A DNA stretch of 64,000 bases from NCBI RefSeq assembly GCF_054482595.1, contig NZ_CM137008.1; one strand, given 5' to 3'. Made by a program: the position numbers and the translations under genes. Below are positions 10,130 through 20,146 of this stretch, piece by piece (the first letter of the stretch is position 1; each line of letters starts with the position of its first letter). Under the pieces are notes generated by a model. That model saw nothing but the letters and a program-made list of their open reading frames with translations, did no database searches and was not told where the DNA came from.

Positions 10130-12238
10130 TCAGTACTCTCTCATATCCGGCGTATCCTGCTTTTCATCAGGTGTCTTCGGTGGGGATTTCGAGGCTGCAC
10201 AGTTCAAGTTAATCAACAGTGAGTCACCATTAACCTGCTCCTTACCCTGCAAATGAATTTTTGTGCCGTTGAGAAAAATTTGTCCGTCCTTCGTCAGCAC
10301 CAGCCTTGCCTTACCACAGCAGAGCTCCAGATGCTCCCCGGCAGAGTAAATCGCTGTCTGTCCGGTATCATCCTTCTTCGTTTTACCCACGGTGAAGGTG
10401 ACGTTATTTCCGACTTTAACGTCATATCCTTTCCCCACAAGCAGCGATTTATTTACCCCCACCTGCGAGGACTGCATCAGCGCCACCGAGGTGTTCATAA
10501 TGCCACCTACCGTCGTCTGATACGCCACGCCCACGGTCAGCGCACGAACAAGTCCAATCGTTTCCACCTGAACAGAACCCACTTTAATTATCTGGTTACT
10601 GCCCACCGTCTCTATCTGGTTAACACCCACCGTCTGTATCTGATTGTTGGTAACCGCAATCATCTGATTGTTGCCAATGGTTTCAGCATGGTTGTTTATC
10701 ACATCCGTGGTGCGGTTATTCAGCACCTCGGTGTTCATGTTCTTCTGCGCGTGGATGTAGACCTGTTCTTTCCCTGTCGCATCGTCAAACTTCAGTTCAT
10801 TAAACCCGCTGCCCTTATAGGTTTTCGAACGAATGGTCATCTGCGTCTTCGTCCCCGGCAGGCTGCCGGGGGTGCGGTTTTCCTGGTGGTAGGTACGCCC
10901 CATAATAATCGGCTGGTCCGGATCGCCGTTGAGGAAGTCCACAATCACCTCCTGACCCACACGCGGTATCGCCAGGTTGCCAAAGCCGGTGCCTGCCCAC
11001 GCCTGTGCCACACGGATCCAGCATGAACTGTCCTGGTTTGACGGGTTATAGCGGTCCCAGTTAAATTTCACCCGCACGCGGCCATGTTCATCACAGAAGA
11101 TTTCCTCGCCTGCCGGTCCCGTCACGACGGCGCTCTGCGGGCCGTCCACCATCGGTTTCAGCAACGGCTGTGGCCGCCATGTCCGGTCTGCCGGGATTAC
11201 CGCAAAGTGGTTATTCAGCGTGGTACCTGAACCACTGCGTCCCGGCACCGCCTGCGGCTGCTCGCCGTGCAGTTCACTTGCCACCACCTGCCATTCCCGG
11301 TTCAGGTTCGCCTGCGGATGCCCCGTCAGCGCAATTCGCCGTCCCGGCCATATCTCCGGAGAACGGCTTGTTCCGCGCGCCACTTCTGCGTTGTTTCGCC
11401 AGCCATCCATCTGCCAGCGGGCAAAGTTCTGCCCGTGGGCACCCTTGAAACGTCCGGGGTAGTCATACACTTCATACTGTGTGCGCTGGTAATCCTGGTA
11501 CTGGCCTTCCTGATCAAAACGCCCTGCCCAGCCGGGTCGTTTAAAGGTGTAGTCTTTGGTCACCACGGAAGAAGGGCGGATTTGTGCGCTGTAGCGAAAC
11601 TGGCTGATGCATAGGGTGCTCACCTCGGTACGGGTGTTCGGGTTCCAGGGGATCTCAAAGGACTCCGGCAGATAACGCACGGTGTCGCACAGGACCAGGC
11701 TCTGGTCGATACTTTTTTGCGCGTGCTCCTCATAAAAGAAGATGCCTTCCTCCGCCGCCATCCGGCACAGGAAATCGTAATCGGTTTCGCCGTACTGGAC
11801 ACAAAACTCACGGGAAGGATGTGGCTCGCTGAACAGCGGGCTCCACTCGGTAACCCCGTTTTCCTGCAATATCGTGCCGAGGATGCTTTCGATGTCCTCA
11901 TTCTGGAAGATACGGAAGTTCTGGCGCAGCCCTGTGCGCCACAGCGGTGGGCACACCTTCATGCTGTACAGCATCTGGTTTTTGTCGTTCTCCCCCAGTT
12001 CAAACCAGGTCACCATACCTTTCACCCGGCGCTGTACGTCATCGCCCTGCCATACCGTCAGGTAGGCCATTTTGTCCAGCACCTGCGCAAATTCAAGGGA
12101 AAGAAACTGCTGACTGACCAGAGAAAGGTCGAGGGAAAAAAGTGAAGAGAGTGACTGGGAGAGGTGAAAGGAAACCACCGCAAAAGCATCCGGTGGCAGG
12201 CCGTCCACTTCAAGTGTGAAACGTAATCCGGTTGACAT
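10130..12238 (-). CDS. vgrG: Type VI secretion spike protein VgrG
   Basis: ORF 10130..12274; start placed at MSTGLRFTLEVDGLPPDAF with a ggagg SD just upstream; gp27/gp5-like sequence with C-terminal Val/Gly-rich repeats. Confidence 0.85.
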   Translation of the reverse strand: MSTGLRFTLEVDGLPPDAFAVVSFHLSQSLSSLFSLDLSLVSQQFLSLEFAQVLDKMAYLTVWQGDDVQRRVKGMVTWFELGENDKNQMLYSMKVCPPLWRTGLRQNFRIFQNEDIESILGTILQENGVTEWSPLFSEPHPSREFCVQYGETDYDFLCRMAAEEGIFFYEEHAQKSIDQSLVLCDTVRYLPESFEIPWNPNTRTEVSTLCISQFRYSAQIRPSSVVTKDYTFKRPGWAGRFDQEGQYQDYQRTQYEVYDYPGRFKGAHGQNFARWQMDGWRNNAEVARGTSRSPEIWPGRRIALTGHPQANLNREWQVVASELHGEQPQAVPGRSGSGTTLNNHFAVIPADRTWRPQPLLKPMVDGPQSAVVTGPAGEEIFCDEHGRVRVKFNWDRYNPSNQDSSCWIRVAQAWAGTGFGNLAIPRVGQEVIVDFLNGDPDQPIIMGRTYHQENRTPGSLPGTKTQMTIRSKTYKGSGFNELKFDDATGKEQVYIHAQKNMNTEVLNNRTTDVINNHAETIGNNQMIAVTNNQIQTVGVNQIETVGSNQIIKVGSVQVETIGLVRALTVGVAYQTTVGGIMNTSVALMQSSQVGVNKSLLVGKGYDVKVGNNVTFTVGKTKKDDTGQTAIYSAGEHLELCCGKARLVLTKDGQIFLNGTKIHLQGKEQVNGDSLLINLNCAASKSPPKTPDEKQDTPDMREY

Positions 12239-13346
12239 AGCAACCTCCGTGAAAATGAATAATAATCCGCACATATTGCATGTACAACATGTCGGGCGGA
12301 TGAGATAAGCGAGTCGACATCTGGCGTTACCGGGGAATATCAGAAAAATGTCATGGTTATGTGATGATTTAGTCTGGGATTTTACTTCAGAGAAACGGGT
12401 GTCTGTTTAGTCAACAAAATAATCACAAACGCAACGGATGGGTTCTCGACGTTATTCACGACAGGCTCGTACATTACAGCGAGTAATAAAAAACCCGATA
12501 TGCAAAGTCAAACCAATATTCATAATGTCTTTTTATTCACAACAATAAATAATTTAATAACAATCATTGAAATGAATGATGATTTGTATAAGGAATATAC
12601 GCTACCGCCCCACCCTGATAACATGATCTGCACATTGCCATCTTAACGTCGTTAAACACTGGCTTAATAGTGGATATTTCAAATTAGGAATTTATTAAAT
12701 TCACCTGATGAATATCATAAGCAAATAGCATAGAAAATAATGACAACTCCCCCGAGGGGACCATTTCCAAAGCACTGCACCACCACCTGGTGCCCGGATG
12801 ATCTTGCTTCAGTGGTAAGAGTACCTGATTCATTGTTCCCAAAATGGTGTTTTCCCCTGCCCCTCCAATAATGTGCAGCTCTCACGTGATAATCTATTGA
12901 TTAGGTTATATTAAGAATCAATATTTAAAATACATCCATTTTCTTGAATAAATCAACATGTTTATTAATCAATTGCTGTTTTAGCTCTGACTCATCAAGC
13001 TCTCCATATTTGTCCTACAGATAATTGCGAATAAATACAGAGAACGCCATTTATCCTTTTAGCATACCTGCCGGATATTTTTATTTGTATTAATATTAAT
13101 TGCATCTCCAACTCCGAGCATATCCATCATTAAAAAAATTTTGAGATTATAGAATACCTGTGATAACAAGTGAAACATCTGCACAATGTGAATAGTTAGT
13201 TTCTTTTCAGAGGAAATGAAATAGACACGCTGAATGAAAGGGAGAGTGATATAAATTAAAAAACATAACGTGAATTTAATTAATTACGCCCATCATTGTG
13301 GATAAAGTTACTGAATAATAAATAACATAATCTTCTGGTATCCCAC

Positions 13347-13964
13347 TCAAATAATTTCATTCCTTTTTAGTATTTCTTGTAACGTTGGTAACTGACATAC
13401 AGCATCAGCAATCGCACTGATATTCGTGGCATTATCCTGAAACCATTCATGCCCAGGCCCCCATGTGCGCATAGTGCAAAGATAACAGTCCACCAGCGTT
13501 AGTTGCTCACCAAACGCATAAGGTTCAGCGGTCAATTGTGAATTCAGCCAGATATAAAGCGATTTACGATATTCAATAACATTCTTCTTTAACTGTTCGG
13601 GTGCGTCAGGAGCCCAACGCTCAGGGTAATCGGCGAAAGTGAATGTTGGATAGACATTAGCAACCAGCCAGACCAATAGCCGTTGAAACTGCTGACGTTC
13701 GGCGCGCCCAACCGGTGGCGCAAGGTCCGGGCGACGATCGAGAACCATCAATGCAATCGCCGCTGTCTCCGTCATAATCTCGTCATTTTCCAATGCCAGT
13801 GTCGGAACCTGACACAACGGGTTCAGGGTTTTCAATAACTCGCGTGAAGCTCCCTCGTGGTCAAAACCACTGACATCAACGAACTGATAAGGAATATCAG
13901 CCAGTGTTAGCATCAGCTCACTGATTGTAGAGCCCCATCCGGGTACGCCATACACCTTAATCAT
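13347..13964 (-). CDS. yncG: Glutathione S-transferase homolog
   Basis: 205-aa ORF; GST-like N-terminal thioredoxin fold; synteny next to ansP. Confidence 0.8.
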   Translation of the reverse strand: MIKVYGVPGWGSTISELMLTLADIPYQFVDVSGFDHEGASRELLKTLNPLCQVPTLALENDEIMTETAAIALMVLDRRPDLAPPVGRAERQQFQRLLVWLVANVYPTFTFADYPERWAPDAPEQLKKNVIEYRKSLYIWLNSQLTAEPYAFGEQLTLVDCYLCTMRTWGPGHEWFQDNATNISAIADAVCQLPTLQEILKRNEII

Positions 13965-14230
13965 ATGCCCCTCACAATCTTTTAAAGATTAAGTGTAGGA
14001 CAGTACACAGGTTAACCAGCAAAAGGATTTGTCATTTTTTCGTCAGTTGTATTAATCCCCTTCAGGATTGTAAGGGGATGTTTTGCATCGTTTATCGATA
14101 ACGGGTAGGATGCTGCGCCGATAGTTTTATACCCATAAAGAATAATGGTGATAACTATCATCGCCAGGATGAATAAACATTGTTCATGGCAACTTATATG
14201 ACTTTTTCATTAAAGCAATCAGGGAGAGCA

Positions 14231-15730
14231 ATGAGTAAACACGACACCGACACTTCAGATCAACACGCCGCGAAACGCCGCTGGCTTAATGCCCACGAAG
14301 AGGGGTATCACAAAGCGATGGGCAATCGCCAGGTACAGATGATCGCCATTGGCGGCGCGATTGGCACCGGCTTGTTTTTAGGTGCAGGAGCCCGACTGCA
14401 AATGGCGGGTCCAGCACTGGCACTGGTTTATTTAATTTGTGGCTTGTTTTCGTTTTTTATTCTGCGTGCATTGGGTGAGCTGGTGCTACACCGCCCTTCC
14501 AGTGGCAGTTTTGTCTCTTATGCCCGTGAGTTTTTGGGTGAGAAAGCCGCTTATGTTGCTGGCTGGATGTACTTCATCAACTGGGCGATGACGGGGATTG
14601 TTGATATTACCGCCGTCGCTCTGTATATGCATTACTGGGGTGCGTTTGGCGGCGTGCCGCAGTGGGTCTTTGCGCTCGCTGCACTTACCATCGTTGGCAC
14701 CATGAATATGATCGGTGTGAAATGGTTTGCGGAGATGGAGTTCTGGTTTGCGCTTATTAAAGTGCTCGCCATTGTGACCTTTTTGGTCGTGGGTACAGTG
14801 TTCCTCGGTAGTGGTCAGCCGCTGGATGGCAACACCACTGGCTTTCATTTAATCACCGATAATGGCGGCTTCTTCCCCCACGGTTTGCTGCCTGCGCTGG
14901 TGTTGATTCAGGGCGTAGTGTTTGCTTTTGCCTCCATTGAAATGGTGGGTACAGCTGCCGGAGAATGTAAAGATCCGCAGACCATGGTGCCTAAAGCGAT
15001 TAACAGTGTGATTTGGCGTATTGGCCTGTTTTACGTCGGCTCCGTGGTGTTGCTGGTTATGTTATTGCCGTGGAGCGCGTATCAGGCGGGGCAAAGTCCG
15101 TTCGTGACGTTTTTCTCTAAACTGGGTGTGCCATATATCGGCAGCATTATGAACATTGTGGTGCTGACCGCTGCCCTCTCCAGCCTGAATTCAGGTCTGT
15201 ACTGCACCGGACGTATTCTGCGCTCAATGGCGATGGGCGGTTCCGCACCGAGTTTTATGGCGAAAATGAGTCGTCAGCATGTACCGTATGCCGGGATTCT
15301 GGCGACACTGGTTGTGTATGTCGTCGGCGTATTCCTCAACTATCTGGTGCCGTCGCGCGTATTTGAGATTGTGTTGAACTTCGCGTCGCTGGGAATCATC
15401 GCTTCATGGGCGTTTATCATCGTGTGCCAGATGCGCCTGCGTAAAGCGATTAAAGAAGGCAAAGCAGCGGATGTCAGTTTTAAACTGCCTGGCGCGCCCT
15501 TCACTTCCTGGCTGACATTACTGTTTTTACTGAGTGTCCTTGTGCTGATGGCGTTCGATTACCCGAACGGGACTTATACTATCGCGGCGCTGCCGATTAT
15601 CGGTATTCTGCTGGTTATAGGCTGGTTTGGTGTGCGCAAACGCGTTGCCGAAATTCACAGCACTGCGCCAGTCGTCGAGGAAGATGAAGAAAAACAGGAA
15701 ATTGTGTTTAAGCCTGAAACGGCGAGTTAA
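14231..15730 (+). CDS. ansP: L-asparagine permease (APC-family amino acid transporter)
   Basis: ORF 14180..15730; start placed at MSKHDTDTSDQ to give 499 aa; multi-pass membrane protein. Confidence 0.85.
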   Translation: MSKHDTDTSDQHAAKRRWLNAHEEGYHKAMGNRQVQMIAIGGAIGTGLFLGAGARLQMAGPALALVYLICGLFSFFILRALGELVLHRPSSGSFVSYAREFLGEKAAYVAGWMYFINWAMTGIVDITAVALYMHYWGAFGGVPQWVFALAALTIVGTMNMIGVKWFAEMEFWFALIKVLAIVTFLVVGTVFLGSGQPLDGNTTGFHLITDNGGFFPHGLLPALVLIQGVVFAFASIEMVGTAAGECKDPQTMVPKAINSVIWRIGLFYVGSVVLLVMLLPWSAYQAGQSPFVTFFSKLGVPYIGSIMNIVVLTAALSSLNSGLYCTGRILRSMAMGGSAPSFMAKMSRQHVPYAGILATLVVYVVGVFLNYLVPSRVFEIVLNFASLGIIASWAFIIVCQMRLRKAIKEGKAADVSFKLPGAPFTSWLTLLFLLSVLVLMAFDYPNGTYTIAALPIIGILLVIGWFGVRKRVAEIHSTAPVVEEDEEKQEIVFKPETAS

Positions 15731-15735
15731 TTGCA

Positions 15736-15764
15736 AAGTTGCCCGGCTACGTGCCGGGCAACTT
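15736..15764. terminator. Hairpin in the convergent ansP/yncE gap, probable bidirectional terminator
   Basis: aagttgcccggc-tacgt-gccgggcaactt, a perfect 12-bp stem. Confidence 0.5.
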
Positions 15765-15842
15765 CAAATTACTGACGAAGGTGCCGGATACGGCGTGATC
15801 AAAGTCAGGCAAGTCTCTCCGTTATCACCCTCGCCATGTCTA

Positions 15843-16904
15843 TTACAGCGCAATACGAATCACATCGTCTGGCTGGGTAGCTTCCTGCTGTTTAGTGGAT
15901 TTTTGTTTCACACTGACATACAGCGTTTTGCCATCGGCAGACAGCGCCAGGCTGTTTGGATGAGTCGGCGTATCGAACGTTTTCACCACTTTATAGCTTT
16001 TCGCGTCAATCACACTGACTTTACCTGCCTGACGATGCGTTACGTAGGCTTCATTACGCGCTGAGTTAAACAGTACAGCCAGTGATTCCGGTGCCGCAAC
16101 CTTCGCCAGAATATTGCCATTACGGGTATCGACCACTAACACTTCTGCGGCTTTAGAATCGGTGATAAATGCACGCTGCCTGGCGGTATCAAGGCTAATG
16201 TTGATAAAGAAGTGCTCTTTGCCGTCATCCAGCAGCTTTTTACGGCTGAGGATTTTATTGTCGGCGGTGTCGATGGTAATCAATTCGCCGTCAGCGTTAG
16301 TGGTGTAAAGACGTTTGCCTTTGCTATCCAGCGCCAGACCGGTACTCATTTTACCGGTGTTCTGGATGGCGGTTTTCAGTTTGATATTCTCGCCATCAAC
16401 GACCCAAATCACGCTCTCTTTACCAATACCACTGATGTAAACGGTGTTCGTGGCATCATCAGCTACCAGCTCACGCGGTTGCAGCGGGCGCACCTCTTCC
16501 GTGCGCTTACGATCATCCAGCACCAGACGGCCTTTCACTTCGCCCGTTTTGGCATCTATCGCCGTGACCGCGCTGTTTACGGTGTTACCAAACCACAACG
16601 TCTGAGTCGTGTTATTGATGGTGGCACCAAACGGCTTGAGATCGTTATGGATCGCCTGCGTCACTTCCAGAGTGACCGGATCAAGACGATAAACCACGCC
16701 ACCTTTATCCAGTTTGCGGCTTTGCGAAGTGGCGAGCCACAGCGCGTTTTCTTGCTGGCTATAAGCCATTTCGTAGGCACCTTTACCTACCGCTTTACGC
16801 AGCATTTCTTCTGCGGCCTGCGTACTGAATGATGAAGCAACAAGCAATGAACCTAACAGTAATGAACCACGCAGGCGCAATGAAAACAGATGACGTAAAT
16901 GCAT
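15843..16904 (-). CDS. yncE: Secreted beta-propeller protein YncE
   Basis: 353-aa ORF with signal peptide; synteny. Confidence 0.85.
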   Translation of the reverse strand: MHLRHLFSLRLRGSLLLGSLLVASSFSTQAAEEMLRKAVGKGAYEMAYSQQENALWLATSQSRKLDKGGVVYRLDPVTLEVTQAIHNDLKPFGATINNTTQTLWFGNTVNSAVTAIDAKTGEVKGRLVLDDRKRTEEVRPLQPRELVADDATNTVYISGIGKESVIWVVDGENIKLKTAIQNTGKMSTGLALDSKGKRLYTTNADGELITIDTADNKILSRKKLLDDGKEHFFINISLDTARQRAFITDSKAAEVLVVDTRNGNILAKVAAPESLAVLFNSARNEAYVTHRQAGKVSVIDAKSYKVVKTFDTPTHPNSLALSADGKTLYVSVKQKSTKQQEATQPDDVIRIAL

Positions 16905-16990
16905 GACGACTCCCTTTGATGAACCGATATTTTTGCTGCTTCACAATGCTTCGCTAAGCGTAATCATCGTTACGCTCTTGTTATAAATGG

Positions 16991-17009
16991 GAATGGTAAT
17001 CATTATTTT
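16991..17009. promoter_or_regulatory. Candidate Fur box in the divergent yncE/yncD promoter region
   Basis: gaatggtaatcattatttt resembles the Fur consensus gataatgataatcattatc; lies between an iron-receptor gene and yncE. Confidence 0.4.
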
Positions 17010-17145
17010 CTCAAATGTGGAGCATTTCTTGCCGTTACGACTACAATTTTCTCAATTACTTAACGTATTGTGCCGTTTCATTTTCCATAAATTTACAATT
17101 TCATTACCATGACGGCGTTTTCCCATTCTTAACCTGGCTTTTTTC

Positions 17146-19248
17146 ATGAAGATTTTTTCCGTCCGACAGACCGTTTTGCCCGCACTGCTTGTCCTTTCCC
17201 CCGTTGTTTTTGCCGCTGATGAACAGACCATGATTGTCAGTGCCGCGCCGCAGGTGGTTTCAGAACTGGATACCCCTGCAGCAGTAAGCGTGGTGGATGG
17301 CGAGGAGATGCGCCTGGCAACACCGCGCATTAACTTGTCCGAATCACTGACCGGCGTGCCTGGTTTGCAGGTACAAAACCGGCAGAACTATGCGCAAGAT
17401 TTACAGCTGTCGATTCGCGGATTTGGCTCCCGTTCCACTTACGGAATTCGCGGTATTCGCCTGTATGTGGACGGTATTCCCGCCACCATGCCCGACGGGC
17501 AAGGGCAAACATCCAACATCGATTTAAGCAGTGTGCAAAATGTGGAAGTGCTGCGTGGCCCCTTCTCTGCCCTGTATGGCAACGCGTCTGGCGGTGTAAT
17601 GAATGTCACCACCCAGACCGGACAACAGCCACCAACCATTGAAGCCAGTAGTTACTACGGCAGTTTTGGCAGCTGGCGCTATGGGCTGAAAGCAACGGGC
17701 GCAACGGGAGACGGCACACAGCCCGGCGATGTCGATTACACCGTCTCAACCACGCGTTTTACGACCCACGGCTATCGTGACCATAGTGGCGCACAGAAAA
17801 ATTTAGCCAATGCCAAACTGGGCGTACGCATTGATGAAGCCAGCAAATTAAGCCTGATTTTCAATAGTGTGGATATCAAAGCAGATGACCCTGGTGGGCT
17901 AACCAAAGCAGAATGGAAGGCGAATCCACAACAAGCGCCTCGTGCAGAACAGTACGACACGCGAAAAACCATCAAGCAAACTCAGGCTGGGTTGCGCTAT
18001 GAACGTAGCCTGAGTTCGCGGGATGATATGAGTGTGATGATGTATGCCGGAGAGCGAGAAACGACCCAGTATCAGTCAATACCCATGGCACCACAACTTA
18101 ACCCGTCACATGCGGGCGGCGTGATTACCCTGCAACGCCATTACCAGGGAATAGACAGCCGCTGGACACACCGTGGTGAACTGGGCGTTCCGGTCACGTT
18201 CACTACCGGCCTGAACTACGAAAACATGAGTGAAAACCGCAAGGGCTACAATAACTTCCGCCTGAATAGCGGCATGCCGGAGTACGGGCAAAAAGGTGAG
18301 TTGCGTCGCGACGAACGCAATCTGATGTGGAACATCGATCCCTATTTACAGACGCAGTGGCAGCTGAGCGAAAAACTGTCGCTGGATGCTGGCGTGCGCT
18401 ACAGCTCCGTGTGGTTTGATTCCAACGACCATTACGTTACTCCGGGTAACGGCGATGACAGCGGTGATGCCAGTTATCACAAATGGCTACCTGCCGGATC
18501 GCTAAAATATGCAATGACCGATGCCTGGAATATCTATCTGGCAGCCGGGCGTGGTTTTGAAACGCCGACGGTTAATGAGCTGTCTTATCGTGCTGATGGG
18601 CAAAGCGGTATGAACTTTGGTTTAAAACCATCCACCAACGATACAATTGAGATCGGCAGTAAAACGCGTATTGGTGATGGGCTGCTTAGTCTCGCATTGT
18701 TCCAGACCGACACCGATGATGAAATTGTTGTCGATAGCAGTAGCGGTGGGCGTACGACTTACAAAAATGCCGGAAAGACCCGTCGTCAAGGCGTTGAACT
18801 GGCATGGGATCAACGTTTCGCGGGAGATTTTCGCGTAAACGCGTCCTGGACCTGGCTTGATGCGACCTATCGCAGCAATGTTTGCAACGAACAGGATTGT
18901 AACGGTAATCGGATGCCAGGGATCGCCCGTAATATGGGCTTTGCGTCGATAGGTTATGTACCGGAAGATGGTTGGTATGCAGGCACGGAAGCGCGTTATA
19001 TGGGCGATATTATGGCAGATGATGAAAATACGGCAAAAGCGCCGTCTTATACTCTCGTCGGCTTATTCACCGGGTATAAATACAATTACCACAATTTAAC
19101 TGTGGATTTATTTGGTCGTGTCGATAATTTATTCGATAAAGAATACGTTGGTTCTGTCATTGTCAATGAGTCAAACGGGCGATATTACGAACCTGCGCCC
19201 GGACGAAATTATGGTGTCGGCGTGAATATTGCGTTGAGATTTGAGTAA
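17146..19248 (+). CDS. yncD: TonB-dependent outer-membrane receptor
   Basis: 700-aa ORF; signal peptide, plug and beta-barrel; C-terminal aromatic residue (ALRFE-stop). Confidence 0.85.
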   Translation: MKIFSVRQTVLPALLVLSPVVFAADEQTMIVSAAPQVVSELDTPAAVSVVDGEEMRLATPRINLSESLTGVPGLQVQNRQNYAQDLQLSIRGFGSRSTYGIRGIRLYVDGIPATMPDGQGQTSNIDLSSVQNVEVLRGPFSALYGNASGGVMNVTTQTGQQPPTIEASSYYGSFGSWRYGLKATGATGDGTQPGDVDYTVSTTRFTTHGYRDHSGAQKNLANAKLGVRIDEASKLSLIFNSVDIKADDPGGLTKAEWKANPQQAPRAEQYDTRKTIKQTQAGLRYERSLSSRDDMSVMMYAGERETTQYQSIPMAPQLNPSHAGGVITLQRHYQGIDSRWTHRGELGVPVTFTTGLNYENMSENRKGYNNFRLNSGMPEYGQKGELRRDERNLMWNIDPYLQTQWQLSEKLSLDAGVRYSSVWFDSNDHYVTPGNGDDSGDASYHKWLPAGSLKYAMTDAWNIYLAAGRGFETPTVNELSYRADGQSGMNFGLKPSTNDTIEIGSKTRIGDGLLSLALFQTDTDDEIVVDSSSGGRTTYKNAGKTRRQGVELAWDQRFAGDFRVNASWTWLDATYRSNVCNEQDCNGNRMPGIARNMGFASIGYVPEDGWYAGTEARYMGDIMADDENTAKAPSYTLVGLFTGYKYNYHNLTVDLFGRVDNLFDKEYVGSVIVNESNGRYYEPAPGRNYGVGVNIALRFE

Positions 19249-19256
19249 TTACCTTG

Positions 19257-19278
19257 ATGCCCGGTATTTTCCGGGCAT
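19257..19278. terminator. Hairpin in the convergent yncD/mcbR gap
   Basis: atgcccgg-tatttt-ccgggcat, an 8-bp stem followed by T-rich sequence. Confidence 0.5.
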
Positions 19279-19283
19279 TTACT

Positions 19284-19949
19284 TTAACGATTGTATTGCT
19301 GGTATAAAATAGCAATATTTTGTTGCATAATTTCAGCAAGACAATGTTTGCATCCCTCTTTGTCTTTTGCTTTTAACGCGGCGAGTAATAGACGATAGTT
19401 TTCTATACGCTCCCGTAATTCCGCTGGATTAATCTCTTCATAGAGATAATGTAAACCAGGTCCCATCCTGACCCACAGTTGTTCAATCATCTCACACAGG
19501 ATGGGCATATTTGAGCGATGATAAATCGCTAAGCGAAATAGCCTGTTTACATTAATGATTTGTTCCATGTCGCCCTTTTCTTGCGCCTGCTGTAATTTCT
19601 CGAGCAATTCCTGGAGTTCCGCCAGGTCTTGGGGGGTGAGGTGTTCAACAGCCAGAGCAACTGCCATTAATTCCAGTTCGTAGCGGATCCGATTGATTTC
19701 GTCTAATTGACGTTTCCCCACTTCCGGAACTGTAAATGCTTGCGCTGGTGCGACAGAAAGCGCATTCACCGAAACCAGACGTAATAATGCTTCACGCACA
19801 GGTGTAATACTCATACCTAATTGCTCCGCCAGATTTTTAGTAATCAGGCGTGCGCCAGGTTTTAGTGCGCCAATACTAAGCTGATGTTTCAGGTCGTTCT
19901 CAACCTGCAGAGTCAAACTGACATGTTTCATTTTTCCCGTTCCAGGCAT
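19284..19949 (-). CDS. mcbR: GntR-family transcriptional regulator (colanic acid/biofilm regulator)
   Basis: ORF 19284..20006; start placed at MPGTGKMKHV for about 221 aa; N-terminal winged HTH. Confidence 0.8.
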   Translation of the reverse strand: MPGTGKMKHVSLTLQVENDLKHQLSIGALKPGARLITKNLAEQLGMSITPVREALLRLVSVNALSVAPAQAFTVPEVGKRQLDEINRIRYELELMAVALAVEHLTPQDLAELQELLEKLQQAQEKGDMEQIINVNRLFRLAIYHRSNMPILCEMIEQLWVRMGPGLHYLYEEINPAELRERIENYRLLLAALKAKDKEGCKHCLAEIMQQNIAILYQQYNR

Positions 19950-20146
19950 TTTAATTCCTTCGCGTGTTTTCTGTCCAACCCTGCCTGCATGGCAGAAGGA
20001 GTTCACCTAGTGTATTAAAGTGAATAATCATAAACCACTCACCTTTGTTGTTATTAGCAGCAGAACAATGATGTGGTTAGTTAATTAAAGCTGAAAATAA
20101 GCTTTTTGCCTGGATTTTTATGGCGGCTTACGCCGCCGTTGAAACT

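Noticed and set aside
10253-11026. Plus-strand 257-aa ORF inside vgrG
   Set aside because: Antisense to a well-supported VgrG frame; no independent signal.
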